Positions 37,070-48,143 of a stretch of DNA of 64,000 nucleotides are shown piece by piece. Under the pieces are notes generated by a model. That model did no database searches. It was not told where the DNA came from and saw only the letters and a program-made list of their open reading frames with translations. This stretch comes from an uncultured Candidatus Saccharibacteria bacterium (GTDB taxonomy: Bacteria; Patescibacteriota; CALEFQ01; G965231055). The DNA is taken from positions 48,334-112,333 of the forward strand of contig OZ246411.1 of assembly GCA_965231055.1 (NCBI GenBank), given 5' to 3'. Made by a program: the position numbers and the translations under genes. Within the stretch, counting starts at the first letter, position 1, and each line of letters starts with the position of its first letter.

Positions 37070-38893
37070 CTATTCCACCGTTACGGATTTTGCGAGGTTT
37101 CTTGGTTTATCTACATTGCACCCGCGCTTTATTCCAATATAATACGCGAAAAGCTGAAGTGGTACAACAGTTAGAAGTGGCTCAAGTGCCTCGTAAGTTT
37201 TGGGGATATAGAAAATATCATCAGCAAATGATTCAAACCTTTTGTCTCCCTCAGTCGCAATTACAAATATAGGACCACTTCTCGCTTTTATTTCTTCAAG
37301 ATTTGAAAGCATTTTTTCTGATACGCTATTTTTGGGAGCTATCGCAAGAGTTGGAAAATTTGGACTAATAAGCGCTATGGGACCATGCTTCATTTCACCT
37401 GCGCCAAATCCCTCAGCATGAATATACGAAATTTCTTTTAATTTAAGCGCACCTTCTAAAGCTGTTGGATAATTGTATCTTCTACCAAGAAACAAAAAAT
37501 CATCATAGTTTTTGCATTTTTCTGCCAGTTTTTCTATTTCTTTATGTCTTTTAAGTATTTCTTCTATTTTTGAAGGAATTTTTTCAAGCTCTTTTAGTAT
37601 TTTTTTGAATTCACCATTTTTGGTTTTGCAAAAAAGCGAAGCTATGAGGGTCAAAATAGTCACTTGGGAAAGAAATGCCTTGGTAGATGCTACTGCGATT
37701 TCGGGTCCCGCGTGATTATATACTCCTGCATCCGTGGCTCTTGAGATAGAGGATCCCACAGTATTCACGATACCCAAAGTTATCAGTTTTTCTTTTTTTG
37801 CTTTTGTGAGAGCTGCAAGCGTGTCAGCTGTTTCACCAGATTGAGAGATAGCGAGGGCGACTGTATTTTTATTAAATGGCTCTTTGCGATAACGAAATTC
37901 TGAAGCAAACTGCACTTCCGTAGGAATCTTTGCAATTTCTTCAAACAAATATTCTCCGATTAGCCCTGCATAATAAGAAGTACCACATGCGGTGATAATA
38001 AGTCGCTTCATATTTTTTATTTTGGGCATTATTTCTTCGAGCCCTCCGAGCTTCACCGTATTTTTCTTTGCATTCAATCTCCCCCTAAGAGCAGAGCGCA
38101 CCACCTCGGGTCCTTCAAAAATTTCTTTGAGCATGAAATGAGAAAAATCCCCTTTTTTCGCTTGCTCCAAATTCCATTCAAGTCTCACCACCTCTATCGG
38201 CTTTGGTTTTTTATCCAAATCAATAATTTTTATTTTGGTTTTGGTGATCTCCGCCACTTCTCCATCTTTTAGATAAATCACATCTTTTGTAGCTCCGATA
38301 ATTGCCGAGGGATCAGACGCTATGTAGTTTTCATTTTTTCCTATTCCTATAACCAAGGGGCTAGATATTCTTGTCGCATAAACCGTATCCGGATCCTCTG
38401 AATCAACTATCACCAAAGCGTAAGCACCCCTTATCATTTTTAGAGCCCTAAACATGGCGTCCTTGAAAGATTTTCCAGAATTCATGAAGTCTTCAATGAG
38501 ATGTGCGACAGCCTCGGTGTCAGTGTCTGAAACGAAATCATGTTCTCTATCCTCCAGATATTTTCTAAGCTCTTTGTAATTTTCTATAATTCCATTGTGG
38601 ACTAGGAATATTCTTTCGTGACAATCAAAATGAGGATGAGCATTGGCTTCGCTGGGTACTCCATGTGTCGCCCATCTCGTATGCGCTATTCCCATACATC
38701 CATCAAAATCTTGAATAGTTGTAGATTCTTCAAGCACATGAACTTGTCCCAATGTTTTTTTGCAATTCTTTTTATTCTTCAAAAAAACTGCCACACCGGC
38801 AGAATCATAACCTCTGTATTCTAGAGCTTTTAGCCCCTGAATCAATATGGGAAGAGCTGTTTTTGTACCTATATACCCAACTATTCCACACAT
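37070..38893 (-). CDS. glmS: glutamine--fructose-6-phosphate aminotransferase GlmS
   Basis: MCGIVGY Ntn start; two SIS domains. Confidence 0.95.
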   Translation of the reverse strand: MCGIVGYIGTKTALPILIQGLKALEYRGYDSAGVAVFLKNKKNCKKTLGQVHVLEESTTIQDFDGCMGIAHTRWATHGVPSEANAHPHFDCHERIFLVHNGIIENYKELRKYLEDREHDFVSDTDTEAVAHLIEDFMNSGKSFKDAMFRALKMIRGAYALVIVDSEDPDTVYATRISSPLVIGIGKNENYIASDPSAIIGATKDVIYLKDGEVAEITKTKIKIIDLDKKPKPIEVVRLEWNLEQAKKGDFSHFMLKEIFEGPEVVRSALRGRLNAKKNTVKLGGLEEIMPKIKNMKRLIITACGTSYYAGLIGEYLFEEIAKIPTEVQFASEFRYRKEPFNKNTVALAISQSGETADTLAALTKAKKEKLITLGIVNTVGSSISRATDAGVYNHAGPEIAVASTKAFLSQVTILTLIASLFCKTKNGEFKKILKELEKIPSKIEEILKRHKEIEKLAEKCKNYDDFLFLGRRYNYPTALEGALKLKEISYIHAEGFGAGEMKHGPIALISPNFPTLAIAPKNSVSEKMLSNLEEIKARSGPIFVIATEGDKRFESFADDIFYIPKTYEALEPLLTVVPLQLFAYYIGIKRGCNVDKPRNLAKSVTVE

Positions 38894-38975
38894 ATATTTA
38901 TAATTTATTGTATTAGAGATTTATACAAAGCTCACTAACTTTATAATTAGTTTAGCACCTAAAAAGATATTTGTT

Positions 38976-39015
38976 AAATAAAAAGCCTGTCGAATACAAA
39001 CACAATTCGACAGGC
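38976..39015 (-). terminator. rho-independent terminator
   Basis: gcctgtcgaat..attcgacaggc 11-bp stem + T-run on minus. Confidence 0.65.
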
Positions 39016-39027
39016 AAAAATAAACGA

Positions 39028-39636
39028 CTAAACCCCGAATGACCTGATCACGTATGAATTAACAAACTCGAGAACTGTAGGCATCACGGATATGACCTTC
39101 TCAATCTCAACAACAATCTCGGGTGGAATTCTTCTAAATTCTTCCTTCACCTCTTGAAGAAAAGATTTTGTTAATTTCGCCCGAGACTTATTCTCGTAAT
39201 CAAGAATGTCCCCGTTACCATAGTGTGCGAAATCACTTTCATAATACGGACGGTCATGTGGTTGATCAATGGATTTTGGGAGTAAAATTTTGAGCATCGG
39301 CAACCAGAAAATCTTGGAAACAGATTTTTCGTTTTCGATGTACACACGCCACAGCATCAACCACGAATAAATTTCAACATTTGGCCGCCAATCAAGGGGC
39401 TCTGGATCAGGCGGAACAATGAGTTTGTCAGTCACGGTGGCTATCATGGTAGCTGAAAGGCAATACGAAATCCACCGAAAATTAACTGGGCAAAAACTAC
39501 TGCCCACACCTTTTCCGAGAATAATATAATCATAACTCACATCTCCAGCACCCATAAGAGATAACCACTTCATCACATCGTTCATCTGAAGAAGATCTGC
39601 AGTCAAAAATTCACTAGGTAATACAAGCTTATTCAT
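39028..39636 (-). CDS. hypothetical protein (GC-elevated, strong SD aaggag)
   Basis: 202 aa; about 41% GC. Confidence 0.4.
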   Translation of the reverse strand: MNKLVLPSEFLTADLLQMNDVMKWLSLMGAGDVSYDYIILGKGVGSSFCPVNFRWISYCLSATMIATVTDKLIVPPDPEPLDWRPNVEIYSWLMLWRVYIENEKSVSKIFWLPMLKILLPKSIDQPHDRPYYESDFAHYGNGDILDYENKSRAKLTKSFLQEVKEEFRRIPPEIVVEIEKVISVMPTVLEFVNSYVIRSFGV

Positions 39637-39789
39637 ACGAATCTCCTTTTTGAAAGAGCACTGTTGTTAATAAAAAAACACTAGCACAATACCATTAAAC
39701 AAATCAACCCCTCAGAAAAAATTAGTATTTCTTGGAACCATATCTATCCAATCTCGTTCAGTAAACTCATTGAAATATTTTCAAAATAC

Positions 39790-40719
39790 CTATTTACTAA
39801 TAATAAATTCTACGATCACATAAGAAATCCAGAAAAACAGAAGCGCGTATCCTTCTTTTTTTGTTATCACTCTTTCTGATTTCATAAAATTTAGTAGCAC
39901 AAGAGCCGCCACAATCATAAAAAATCCAGTCACATAAATTATTTTTGCTGGAAAATGAAAGGGAGAAATAAAAGCCAAAACTCCCACAACTATAGTAGCA
40001 TCAGCAAGCACCGATCCAAGAATGTCTCCAGCAGCTAAGCTATCCTCGTTGGAATGCATTGATTTAAGCGAAAAGAAAAATTCGGGCATCGTAGTTCCCA
40101 GACTTACAACCAAAATCCCCATAAGCACAGGATTGATAGCCCATAAACTAGAAAGTTTAACCGCAGAATCAACTGCAAAATATGAACCAACGAGAAGTAA
40201 AGCCATAGCAAGAGCTAGCATTGCAAAAGTTTTGAAACTTTTTTTAGTGGGTTTTATTTCCACCGAAACATTTACGCTCTTCTTAAAAACCATGTAGTAA
40301 AAAAGGACACCGGCAATAATGAGAAAAATCCCCTCCAATTTGGAATAGTATCCATCCAAACCAAGAATCAAAGGAAGCAAAAGAAAAAACGGATAGATGC
40401 TAATATTTTTCAAAATTTTGCTCTGAATCTTCATTCCCCGCTTATTGATGATTATGAGAAGGGCAAAAATCAAAGTGAGATCTGCAACATTTGATCCAAA
40501 CAAAGTGCCCAAACCAAATTCAGGAACACCAGCAATTGCGGAGTTTACTGAAATCAGTGTTTCAGGAAGTATAGAAATAAAAGCTATAATGATAAATCCC
40601 ACAATATATTTGGACAATCTAAAACTTCTCGCAAGTTTTGCAGAGTATTTAGTCGCCAGAGTAGATCCCTGCACCACCAGAAATAGCGAAAGCAATAATA
40701 TGATAATGTTTTTTATCAT
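39790..40719 (-). CDS. Ca2+/Na+ antiporter (CaCA/YrbG family)
   Basis: 10 TM, two alpha-repeat regions (GSNVADL, GDILGS). Confidence 0.6.
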   Translation of the reverse strand: MIKNIIILLLSLFLVVQGSTLATKYSAKLARSFRLSKYIVGFIIIAFISILPETLISVNSAIAGVPEFGLGTLFGSNVADLTLIFALLIIINKRGMKIQSKILKNISIYPFFLLLPLILGLDGYYSKLEGIFLIIAGVLFYYMVFKKSVNVSVEIKPTKKSFKTFAMLALAMALLLVGSYFAVDSAVKLSSLWAINPVLMGILVVSLGTTMPEFFFSLKSMHSNEDSLAAGDILGSVLADATIVVGVLAFISPFHFPAKIIYVTGFFMIVAALVLLNFMKSERVITKKEGYALLFFWISYVIVEFIISK

Positions 40720-40808
40720 TTTGTGTTGATTTTTTACCTCGACATCAATTTAATAACACCTAATAAGCAAACTCGTTCAGGGTTTTTAAAAATCCTTTTT
40801 TTATTTTA

Positions 40809-42074
40809 CTAATATCTATTTCCTCTACCGAGTGGTCGTATCTTTTTATGACCATAAGTATATGATTTTTTAGCTATTACGTTTCTCGCAAATGGCTTTT
40901 TGGTTGGCACAAATTTGGAAATAGCTTTTGCCTTGCGACCCGCTGGAAGCTCAGGAACCTCGGAGATTGGCAAATGTTTTTTTATCAATCTCTCAATCTC
41001 GCGCAATTCTCTGCGCTGATCTGGAGTGGCAAAAGAGATAGCATGACCAGTACCCCCTGCTCTCGCTGTACGACCAATTCTGTGAACATAATCCTTTGAG
41101 TCTGTTGGCAAATCATAGTTCAAAACAAGTTCAATTCCAGCAACATCAATTCCGCGAGATGCTATATCTGTCGCGACCAAGATTCTAAATTTACCAGACT
41201 TGAATCCAGCTAACGCTGCTCTTCTTTGAGAAAGAGATCTGTTTGAGTGCATCTCAACTGCACTGTGTCCCATATCTCTAATGGCAGTGGTGAGTTTTTT
41301 TGCACCATGCTTTGTTCTTGTGAATACAAGCACGACTCCGAGATATTGTTTCAGAATCTTTTCAACTAGTCTATCTTTATTGGCCTTGGGAATGATAAAA
41401 ATTTCCTGAGTGAGATTTTCTGCAATAGAACCAGTAGGCGCAACTTCAATTCTAATAGGAAGTTTCAAGAAGCTTGTCGCCATTTTCATTATTTCAGGAG
41501 CAAGTGTTGCAGAAAAAAGCATTGTCTGGCGTTCTTTTGGAAGTTCTTTGAAAATCTTGTCTATCTGAGGAGCAAAACCCATATCCAACATTCTATCAGC
41601 TTCATCCAATACAACTATTTTTACATTTTTTATATTGGCTGTTCTCTGATGCAAATGATCATTAAGTCTTCCTGGAGTAGCAACAATCACATGAGGTCGC
41701 CTTCGCAAAGCTTGGATCTGAGGACGTATAGGAGTACCTCCGATAAGCACAGCTGTTCTAAGACCAAGCTTGGCTCCTATCTTATTCAATGCTTCGTTTA
41801 CCTGAATAGCTAGCTCCCTAGTTGGTAGCACTATTAGTCCACCACCCTTGACCTGATTCAATCTCTGAAGCAAAGGAATACCAAAAGCAAGGGTTTTTCC
41901 TGTACCCGTCTGAGCCACTCCAACCAAATCTTTTCCCTGAAGTGCGACAGGAATTGCCTGACGCTGGATAGATGTAGGTTCTTTGTAATCTAATCTAGCT
42001 AGAGCTTCCATAAGACTAGGAGCGATACCCAATCCAGAAAAACCAGAGCTAACACTCTTTACATTCTGATTCAT
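40809..42074 (-). CDS. DEAD-box ATP-dependent RNA helicase
   Basis: Q motif, AQTGTGKT, DEAD, SAT, HRIGRTARAG. Confidence 0.9.
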   Translation of the reverse strand: MNQNVKSVSSGFSGLGIAPSLMEALARLDYKEPTSIQRQAIPVALQGKDLVGVAQTGTGKTLAFGIPLLQRLNQVKGGGLIVLPTRELAIQVNEALNKIGAKLGLRTAVLIGGTPIRPQIQALRRRPHVIVATPGRLNDHLHQRTANIKNVKIVVLDEADRMLDMGFAPQIDKIFKELPKERQTMLFSATLAPEIMKMATSFLKLPIRIEVAPTGSIAENLTQEIFIIPKANKDRLVEKILKQYLGVVLVFTRTKHGAKKLTTAIRDMGHSAVEMHSNRSLSQRRAALAGFKSGKFRILVATDIASRGIDVAGIELVLNYDLPTDSKDYVHRIGRTARAGGTGHAISFATPDQRRELREIERLIKKHLPISEVPELPAGRKAKAISKFVPTKKPFARNVIAKKSYTYGHKKIRPLGRGNRY

Positions 42075-42165
42075 AAGTTTTTTTAATAAAGTTTTGGCAA
42101 CAGAAAGTGTGAGGAAGTTGCCGTTAATAAAATACGTTAAGCAAAAATCACCTATTTGGTGTTAT

Positions 42166-43878
42166 TTACTCAGTCTTGCGTGAATTCTCAATAATGTCAA
42201 TGTTTGATTTGGGTTTTTGGGAAAATTCTGTATGAAGCACTTTTTGGCTGATGGCTTCGTCCACAAAAAATTCATCATAAACTTTTTTCACAATTGGATT
42301 TTCGTGAGCTTTTCTCACTTTTTTACCACTATCTATGGTATAAAGCGAGGCACCCCTCTTACTCACTATCTCTTTTGTAGTCGGCAATGACTGACCGCCT
42401 CCCCCAACGCATCCCCCTGGACACGCCATCACTTCGACAGCGTCATAAAGCTTGGGATTTTCCTTGAGCTCTTTCAATATTTTTTCTGCATTTTTGATGC
42501 CTGACACCACGCATAGTCTAACCTTCCTGCCTTTTAGAGAAAATTCCTTTATCTTGATTCCTTTTGATCCGCGTATTTCTTTCACTGACTCTTCCGGTAG
42601 ATCCTTGCCAGTTGTTTTAAAATACACTGTACGAAATGCAGACTCAAACACACCTCCGCTAGAACCATAGATCACTCCAGCACCAGAAGGCATACACAAA
42701 GGATTGTCTATCTCCTGCTCTTCGATATTTTTTAGATCTATGTTTTTACTTTTGAAAAATCTTACAAGCTCTCTAGTGGTCAGAACCATATCTACCGGAT
42801 ATATTCCATCTATTTTTAGCTCCTCTCTCTTTATTTCATATTTCTTGGCGACGCAGGGCATAATAGAAACAACAAATATATCTTTTGGATCTATTTTATT
42901 TTCCTTGGCCCAATAGTTTTTTATGATGCCTCCGAGCATTGTCTGAGGTGAACGCGCAGTGCAGAGATTTGGAACAAATTCAGGATGATAAAATTCCACA
43001 TATTTCACCCAAGCAGGACAGCACGAAGTGAAACCTGGAAGTTTTGTATTTGTTTGCAATCGCTCCATCAGCTCACCCGCCTCTTCTGTCGTAGTAAAAT
43101 CAGCACCAGCTGCAGTATCAAAAACATGATCAAATCCAAGTTGCTTTAGTCCTGCTATGAGTTTACCTGTATTTATTTCTCCGTACTTCATTCCAAATTC
43201 CTCGCCTATGCTTGTGCGAATTGACGGAGCAAACTGGACTACAACGACTTTGTTCTTGTCCATAAAATGTTTTTGGAGTTCTTCAAACTCACCCACTCCC
43301 TCTATAGCTCCCACAGGGCAATGTAAAATACACTGACCACAGTTTATGCATTCTTTACTTTCATCTTTGGAGGGTGTCAGATTTCCATTTTTATCAAGCT
43401 CCAAAAATCCCGTAGGACAAACATCGATACAATTTTCACATCCGATACATTTGGTCTGATCAAAAACTATGGTGCCAGATTTGAAAACTTTTTCATCATC
43501 CTTTTTTGTCGCAATAGGCTTAGCATCAAATTTCTTTGTGAGTTCAAGCAGTTTACAGTGTTGGAACCAAACACAATCATCGCATTCCAAAAGATGCTTT
43601 GATAAAATTTTGTCCAAATTATTTTTTCGTTCTTTGTTTATCTCTTCTGATTCTGTAATTATTTCCATGCCTTCCTTAACTTCAGTAGCGCACGCTCTTA
43701 CTAGCTCATTTTCTTTATCAATTTTAACCAAACACATCCCACAATGATGCTTGATTTCTATATCAGGATGAAAACAAAGTGATGGAATCTTAATACCATT
43801 TTCATGAGCAACGCGAAGAATGGTTTTTCCTGCGTCTGCCAAAACCGCTTTACCGTTTATTTTTATAGAGATTTTCAT
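42166..43878 (-). CDS. [FeFe]-hydrogenase large subunit (2Fe-2S + 4Fe-4S + H-cluster domains)
   Basis: TSCCPAWV, MPCVAKKYE, EVMACPGGCVGGGG H-cluster motifs. Confidence 0.85.
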   Translation of the reverse strand: MKISIKINGKAVLADAGKTILRVAHENGIKIPSLCFHPDIEIKHHCGMCLVKIDKENELVRACATEVKEGMEIITESEEINKERKNNLDKILSKHLLECDDCVWFQHCKLLELTKKFDAKPIATKKDDEKVFKSGTIVFDQTKCIGCENCIDVCPTGFLELDKNGNLTPSKDESKECINCGQCILHCPVGAIEGVGEFEELQKHFMDKNKVVVVQFAPSIRTSIGEEFGMKYGEINTGKLIAGLKQLGFDHVFDTAAGADFTTTEEAGELMERLQTNTKLPGFTSCCPAWVKYVEFYHPEFVPNLCTARSPQTMLGGIIKNYWAKENKIDPKDIFVVSIMPCVAKKYEIKREELKIDGIYPVDMVLTTRELVRFFKSKNIDLKNIEEQEIDNPLCMPSGAGVIYGSSGGVFESAFRTVYFKTTGKDLPEESVKEIRGSKGIKIKEFSLKGRKVRLCVVSGIKNAEKILKELKENPKLYDAVEVMACPGGCVGGGGQSLPTTKEIVSKRGASLYTIDSGKKVRKAHENPIVKKVYDEFFVDEAISQKVLHTEFSQKPKSNIDIIENSRKTE

Positions 43879-43912
43879 TTTTTAAATATTTTATTTTGGT
43901 TAATTCTTTTTA

Positions 43913-45397
43913 TTATTTGTTTTCATCAACTCTCTCCCACTTCACACCAGACTCAAAAGCATTTACATCTTCCTCGTGCTGCTCGTGAGTAGCTCTGATA
44001 GTTATTGAATCAATATTCAATCTTAATGAGTATTGGTCCAAAAGTGCTTTTGCAGCACGCGTTTTTTGAACGTTAACCCAATCAGCAATAATATCAAAAC
44101 GAGACAATGGATTGGATTTTATTTTCTGACGCAAATCTGAAACAAAAGTGCTAAAATCCTCATTATTAAATTTTGCGCCAAGCTCCTCTGGATCAGATTC
44201 GTTTTTATCCGCTGACTCACCCCCTATTTGCTCCATCTTTGCCAAATCAATAATACCTTTTGGATTTACTACCCTAAGCCCCTTTTCATTTTTCACAGCA
44301 CTCTCATTTATAATTTCGGCTATTCTTTCTCTTCCTATATTCGGATTTACCTGTAAAATCAGCGCAAACAATCCAGCGAGATACGGAACAGACCAACTAA
44401 TTCCGCCTTTCCCGTTGTACGCATACTGATCCTTCTTGCTCCAAGAAGAAGCCATTGTTCTGTAATCAGAAGGAATAACTATCTCTTTTTTTCTCGCACC
44501 TAGATATTCTTCGATTTTTTTAGTTAAATCTGCGTCAGAAATATTTGAAAGAACTTCTTTCTTTTGTTCTCTTAGTTTTTTTGCTATTTCACCCACATCG
44601 CCTTTATCTATAATTTTATTTAGTTCTTTATTTCCTTCAGCTTCATGCAACCACGGTGAATAATTTTCAAAACTATCTTTAGTTTCTGGACTTCCACCTC
44701 CAACAAATGAAACATCTATTTGACTACCGTCAGAATCTATTACAAAAATTCCTTCTTTTTTGGCTTTTTCAAGAGCATCAATCCACCGATCAAGTCCTGG
44801 TTTTGGATTTTCTATCGCATAACCAAAAGAGCAACTAACAACTCTCACCTTTTCATTTTGTGAAACGTCTTTGTTTTTATTAATAATCTCTATTAGCGCT
44901 TTGGTTTTTGAATGAAAACCTTCATCACTAGATGGAATAGCCTTGTAAACCAATTTTGCTTCGGGAGCTACGCCACAATCTTTTCCAACAAGTAAGCTAG
45001 CCACAGCCGGACCGTGCATACTGATTTTCTCATCTCCAGCTCCATCGTATTCCGTGTAATCAACTATAGAATTTTTATATTCCGGATGCTTTGTGTCTAG
45101 TTTTTGATCAATAATAGCTACCACTACCCCTTCTCCCGTTATACCCTGTTCATGCAGTTCTCTAATGCCTAAACCTGGGTTTTTGCTTTCTTCCAAAAGT
45201 TTTTCTGGACTGAAGTCATTTGGTAATCTATCTTTTTCTGGCCATACGGTTTCCGTATCAAAATCCGCTGTTTGCAAAACATCCATAGAAACATTTGCAA
45301 AATTTTCGCGAAACAAATCTTTTCCACGAAAATCTGCAAATCGAGAAGCTACCACTCCTTGCTCTCCTTTATGCTCATTTTTTTCAAACTCATTCAT
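43913..45397 (-). CDS. subtilisin-like serine peptidase (S8 family)
   Basis: D (VAIIDQ), H (MHGPAVAS) and S (GGISWSVPYLAG) triad context. Confidence 0.55.
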   Translation of the reverse strand: MNEFEKNEHKGEQGVVASRFADFRGKDLFRENFANVSMDVLQTADFDTETVWPEKDRLPNDFSPEKLLEESKNPGLGIRELHEQGITGEGVVVAIIDQKLDTKHPEYKNSIVDYTEYDGAGDEKISMHGPAVASLLVGKDCGVAPEAKLVYKAIPSSDEGFHSKTKALIEIINKNKDVSQNEKVRVVSCSFGYAIENPKPGLDRWIDALEKAKKEGIFVIDSDGSQIDVSFVGGGSPETKDSFENYSPWLHEAEGNKELNKIIDKGDVGEIAKKLREQKKEVLSNISDADLTKKIEEYLGARKKEIVIPSDYRTMASSWSKKDQYAYNGKGGISWSVPYLAGLFALILQVNPNIGRERIAEIINESAVKNEKGLRVVNPKGIIDLAKMEQIGGESADKNESDPEELGAKFNNEDFSTFVSDLRQKIKSNPLSRFDIIADWVNVQKTRAAKALLDQYSLRLNIDSITIRATHEQHEEDVNAFESGVKWERVDENK

Positions 45398-45477
45398 AGT
45401 TCTTTATAAGATACTAACTCTACTTATAATTTTATAAAAAATATTATTTGTATAGTCCATATAGGTTTATCACAAAA

Positions 45478-45567
45478 TGGCGGAGAGGGTGGGATTTGAA
45501 CCCACGAAGCCCTTTCGAACTTACCGGTTTTCGAAACCGGCGCCTTCGACCACTCAGCCACCTCTCC
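45478..45567 (-). tRNA. tRNA-Ser (anticodon CGA), long variable arm
   Basis: GGAGAGG acceptor, anticodon stem CCGGT/ACCGG loop TTCGAAA, T-arm GGGTTCAAATCCC, CCA. Confidence 0.9.
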
Positions 45568-45649
45568 ATATTTTAGATATTAGAAGGAACAGAAGTTTTA
45601 GATGAATCAGGGCGTGAAATACAAGGCTTAATACTGCAACTTCTGTAAA

Positions 45650-46204
45650 CTAATTTTGAATTTTTTTAAACTGCCAATTCTCCCAGCTCCACACACTATC
45701 ATTATGTGAAAATATAGCAAATCTATCAAGCATATTTCTTGCCTCCCTTATTTTAAAAAGCTTTTCTTGAGGTTCATCCAAAATTTCTATTTTTACAAAT
45801 GGCTCTGGCATAACATCAGAAACCCATAGTAAATTAAATTCTGGTTCAAGATTGTATATGGCCACATGCGAACCAAATTTAATTTTGTATTCAGGATTTT
45901 TATCTGCCTTTTTTTGTAATGGATCTGAAACGTCCACAATTTCGAGTTTCCAAATAATCATAGCAATATCCGTACTTCCATTCTTGTCAGCATCCCCCAA
46001 ACTATAAGAAGCAACATGCCACAAAGGATGCGTAGAAAAGATCTTTTTATCGTTTTTCTCAATCGAAACGGTATTCAAAATACGTTTGACTGTAAACTTT
46101 TGATATTCTGTTTTTGAAAAACCGAAGTAATACAAAAAAACGCCCAAAAGGGCAAAGCAAATAACGATTCCAAATATATTTATCAAAGTGTTTCTTGAAA
46201 TCAT
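45650..46204 (-). CDS. membrane-anchored hypothetical protein
   Basis: N-terminal TM, 184 aa. Confidence 0.4.
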   Translation of the reverse strand: MISRNTLINIFGIVICFALLGVFLYYFGFSKTEYQKFTVKRILNTVSIEKNDKKIFSTHPLWHVASYSLGDADKNGSTDIAMIIWKLEIVDVSDPLQKKADKNPEYKIKFGSHVAIYNLEPEFNLLWVSDVMPEPFVKIEILDEPQEKLFKIREARNMLDRFAIFSHNDSVWSWENWQFKKIQN

Positions 46205-46217
46205 TGTTTTGCCAAAC

Positions 46218-47666
46218 TTAGTTAATCACATGAAGCAATGAAGAGTGGTGATGTATATCTGTCGCAAAATCATTTATAAAAACTATTCCGCCTTCTCCGC
46301 GAGGAAGAGTATGAGCATCAAGCTCTTCTATAAATTTCTCAACATTTTTATCTTCAAGAGATTTTAGTATAGCTTCCGGCACTACATGAGGATCCATCGC
46401 CCATCCGCACACTGCTTGATTTTGGATTCTTTTGTGTGGAGTAAGAAGCACTATAGGAATTTCATATCTATGAGCTGAAATCGCATGAGCTATTTCTTCT
46501 GACGAGCTAGCTATCACTATACCCCTCGCTCTTATAGTCTTTGCGAGCTTTACGGCACTTGCAGCAAAAATATAAAAAGCTGGATTGTATGGCAAAAGTT
46601 TTAGTGCTTTTTCTGGGACATGAAGATCTTCGAGCACATCATCATAAGGAGAGATTTCAGATTCTTTGATTATTTCCGCCATTGTCTTCACACTTTCTAC
46701 GGGATACTTACCAGTCGTAGTTTCGGCAGAAAGAGTGGTGCAATCAGTATGATCAAAAACAGCATGAGCTACATCAGATAGCTCAGCCCTAGTTGGTCTA
46801 GGATTTTCCTTCATGGATTCAAGCATTTGAGTAGCCACAACCACAGGTTTTCCTGCAATCCTGCATTTTTCTATGAGCATTTTTTGGATACGAGGAACTT
46901 TGGCCTGATCTATTTCCACAGCCAAATCCCCCCTCGCTATCACTATTCCATCAGCTACTTTTATAATCTCATCGATATCTTCTAGTGCCGCTTGCTTTTC
47001 TATTTTTGCCATTATCTTCGGAGGAATATCTCCATCAAAATATTTTTTGATAAGTGCTTTGAGCTGCTTTACATCTTCGTTTGATTTTACAAAAGACTGC
47101 CAAATCCAATCCACACCAAGTTTCAAACCAAATTTCAAATCATCTTCATCTTTTTCGGAAATAGAAGGTGCTGAAAGTTTTACTCCGGGAACATTGAAAG
47201 CTTTGTGTGAACCGAGCACTCCACCTTTTATCACAAAAGTTTTGATGCTGTTTCCACTCACCCCCTCAACCATCACTTCCATCAAACCATCATCAAGCAA
47301 AACTCTATCCCCTTTTTTGACTTCTTTATGTAGCTCTCTATAAGTCATAGGAATTTCTTTGCCATCAAATTTATCTATGGCCGTAGAAAAAACCACCTGC
47401 TCATTTTCCTTGAGTTCAATTCCCTCTTTGGGAAGCTCACCAACTCTAATCTTTGGACCCTGTAAGTCCTGATGAATACTTATGGGGACATTCAGCTCTC
47501 TTGAAACAGCCCTGATGTTTTCATAAATCATCTGGTGATTTTCATATGTTCCATGCGAAAAATTGAGGCGAGCAATATTCATGCCCGCCCCAACCATTTT
47601 TCGAAGAGTTTCCTTATCTTCCGATGCTGGACCGATTGTAGCTATTATTTTTGTTCTTTTTTTCAT
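46218..47666 (-). CDS. pyk: pyruvate kinase
   Basis: KIIATIGPAS, NFSHG, MVARGDLAVE-like IARGDLAVE motifs. Confidence 0.9.
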   Translation of the reverse strand: MKKRTKIIATIGPASEDKETLRKMVGAGMNIARLNFSHGTYENHQMIYENIRAVSRELNVPISIHQDLQGPKIRVGELPKEGIELKENEQVVFSTAIDKFDGKEIPMTYRELHKEVKKGDRVLLDDGLMEVMVEGVSGNSIKTFVIKGGVLGSHKAFNVPGVKLSAPSISEKDEDDLKFGLKLGVDWIWQSFVKSNEDVKQLKALIKKYFDGDIPPKIMAKIEKQAALEDIDEIIKVADGIVIARGDLAVEIDQAKVPRIQKMLIEKCRIAGKPVVVATQMLESMKENPRPTRAELSDVAHAVFDHTDCTTLSAETTTGKYPVESVKTMAEIIKESEISPYDDVLEDLHVPEKALKLLPYNPAFYIFAASAVKLAKTIRARGIVIASSSEEIAHAISAHRYEIPIVLLTPHKRIQNQAVCGWAMDPHVVPEAILKSLEDKNVEKFIEELDAHTLPRGEGGIVFINDFATDIHHHSSLLHVIN

Positions 47667-47701
47667 TTGAAGCAATGCTTCTAATTCCGAGATATCTTAA
47701 A

Positions 47702-48061
47702 CTAGAATTTTATTTTCTCTGCCAAATCTCCTATTAGAGGAAGTTTGTACCACTGTCTATCAAGAGCCTTGGTAAGACCAACTATGATTGCTACTAGTAT
47801 AAGGATGTTTAGAATCCAAGCAACAACTGGAATCCAAGAAATTATCAAAGCTGCGATGAATAGAATTAGACCTTGTTTGGCGTGAAATGATGCGAATTTG
47901 CTGTCCTTCTTTACCACCAAAACAATAATGCTAACTATCCAAAGATAGCTTATAGCAGCCAATACTCTGTTTTCCTCAATGTCATTTTTTGGAGGCTGAT
48001 TTGCGTTGGCACCACCTTGCTGTGGCTGTCCTTGTGGGTTTTGCTGATTCTGATTTTCCAT
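47702..48061 (-). CDS. DUF4870-like small membrane protein with Q/P-rich N-terminus
   Basis: MENQNQQNPQGQPQQ + 3 TM; LAAISYLWIVS..HAKQGL pattern. Confidence 0.45.
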   Translation of the reverse strand: MENQNQQNPQGQPQQGGANANQPPKNDIEENRVLAAISYLWIVSIIVLVVKKDSKFASFHAKQGLILFIAALIISWIPVVAWILNILILVAIIVGLTKALDRQWYKLPLIGDLAEKIKF

Positions 48062-48143
48062 TTGTAGTTTGTTATTAACTAATATTAAAACATGCTCTTT
48101 TTAAGCTTTGTTATTATACCACAATACAATGCACAGATGCAAT

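Noticed and set aside
38894-39027. glmS ribozyme upstream of glmS
   Set aside because: The upstream region is short and AT-rich and lacks the conserved GC-rich catalytic core. The only structure is a simple 11-bp terminator hairpin belonging to the neighbouring gene.
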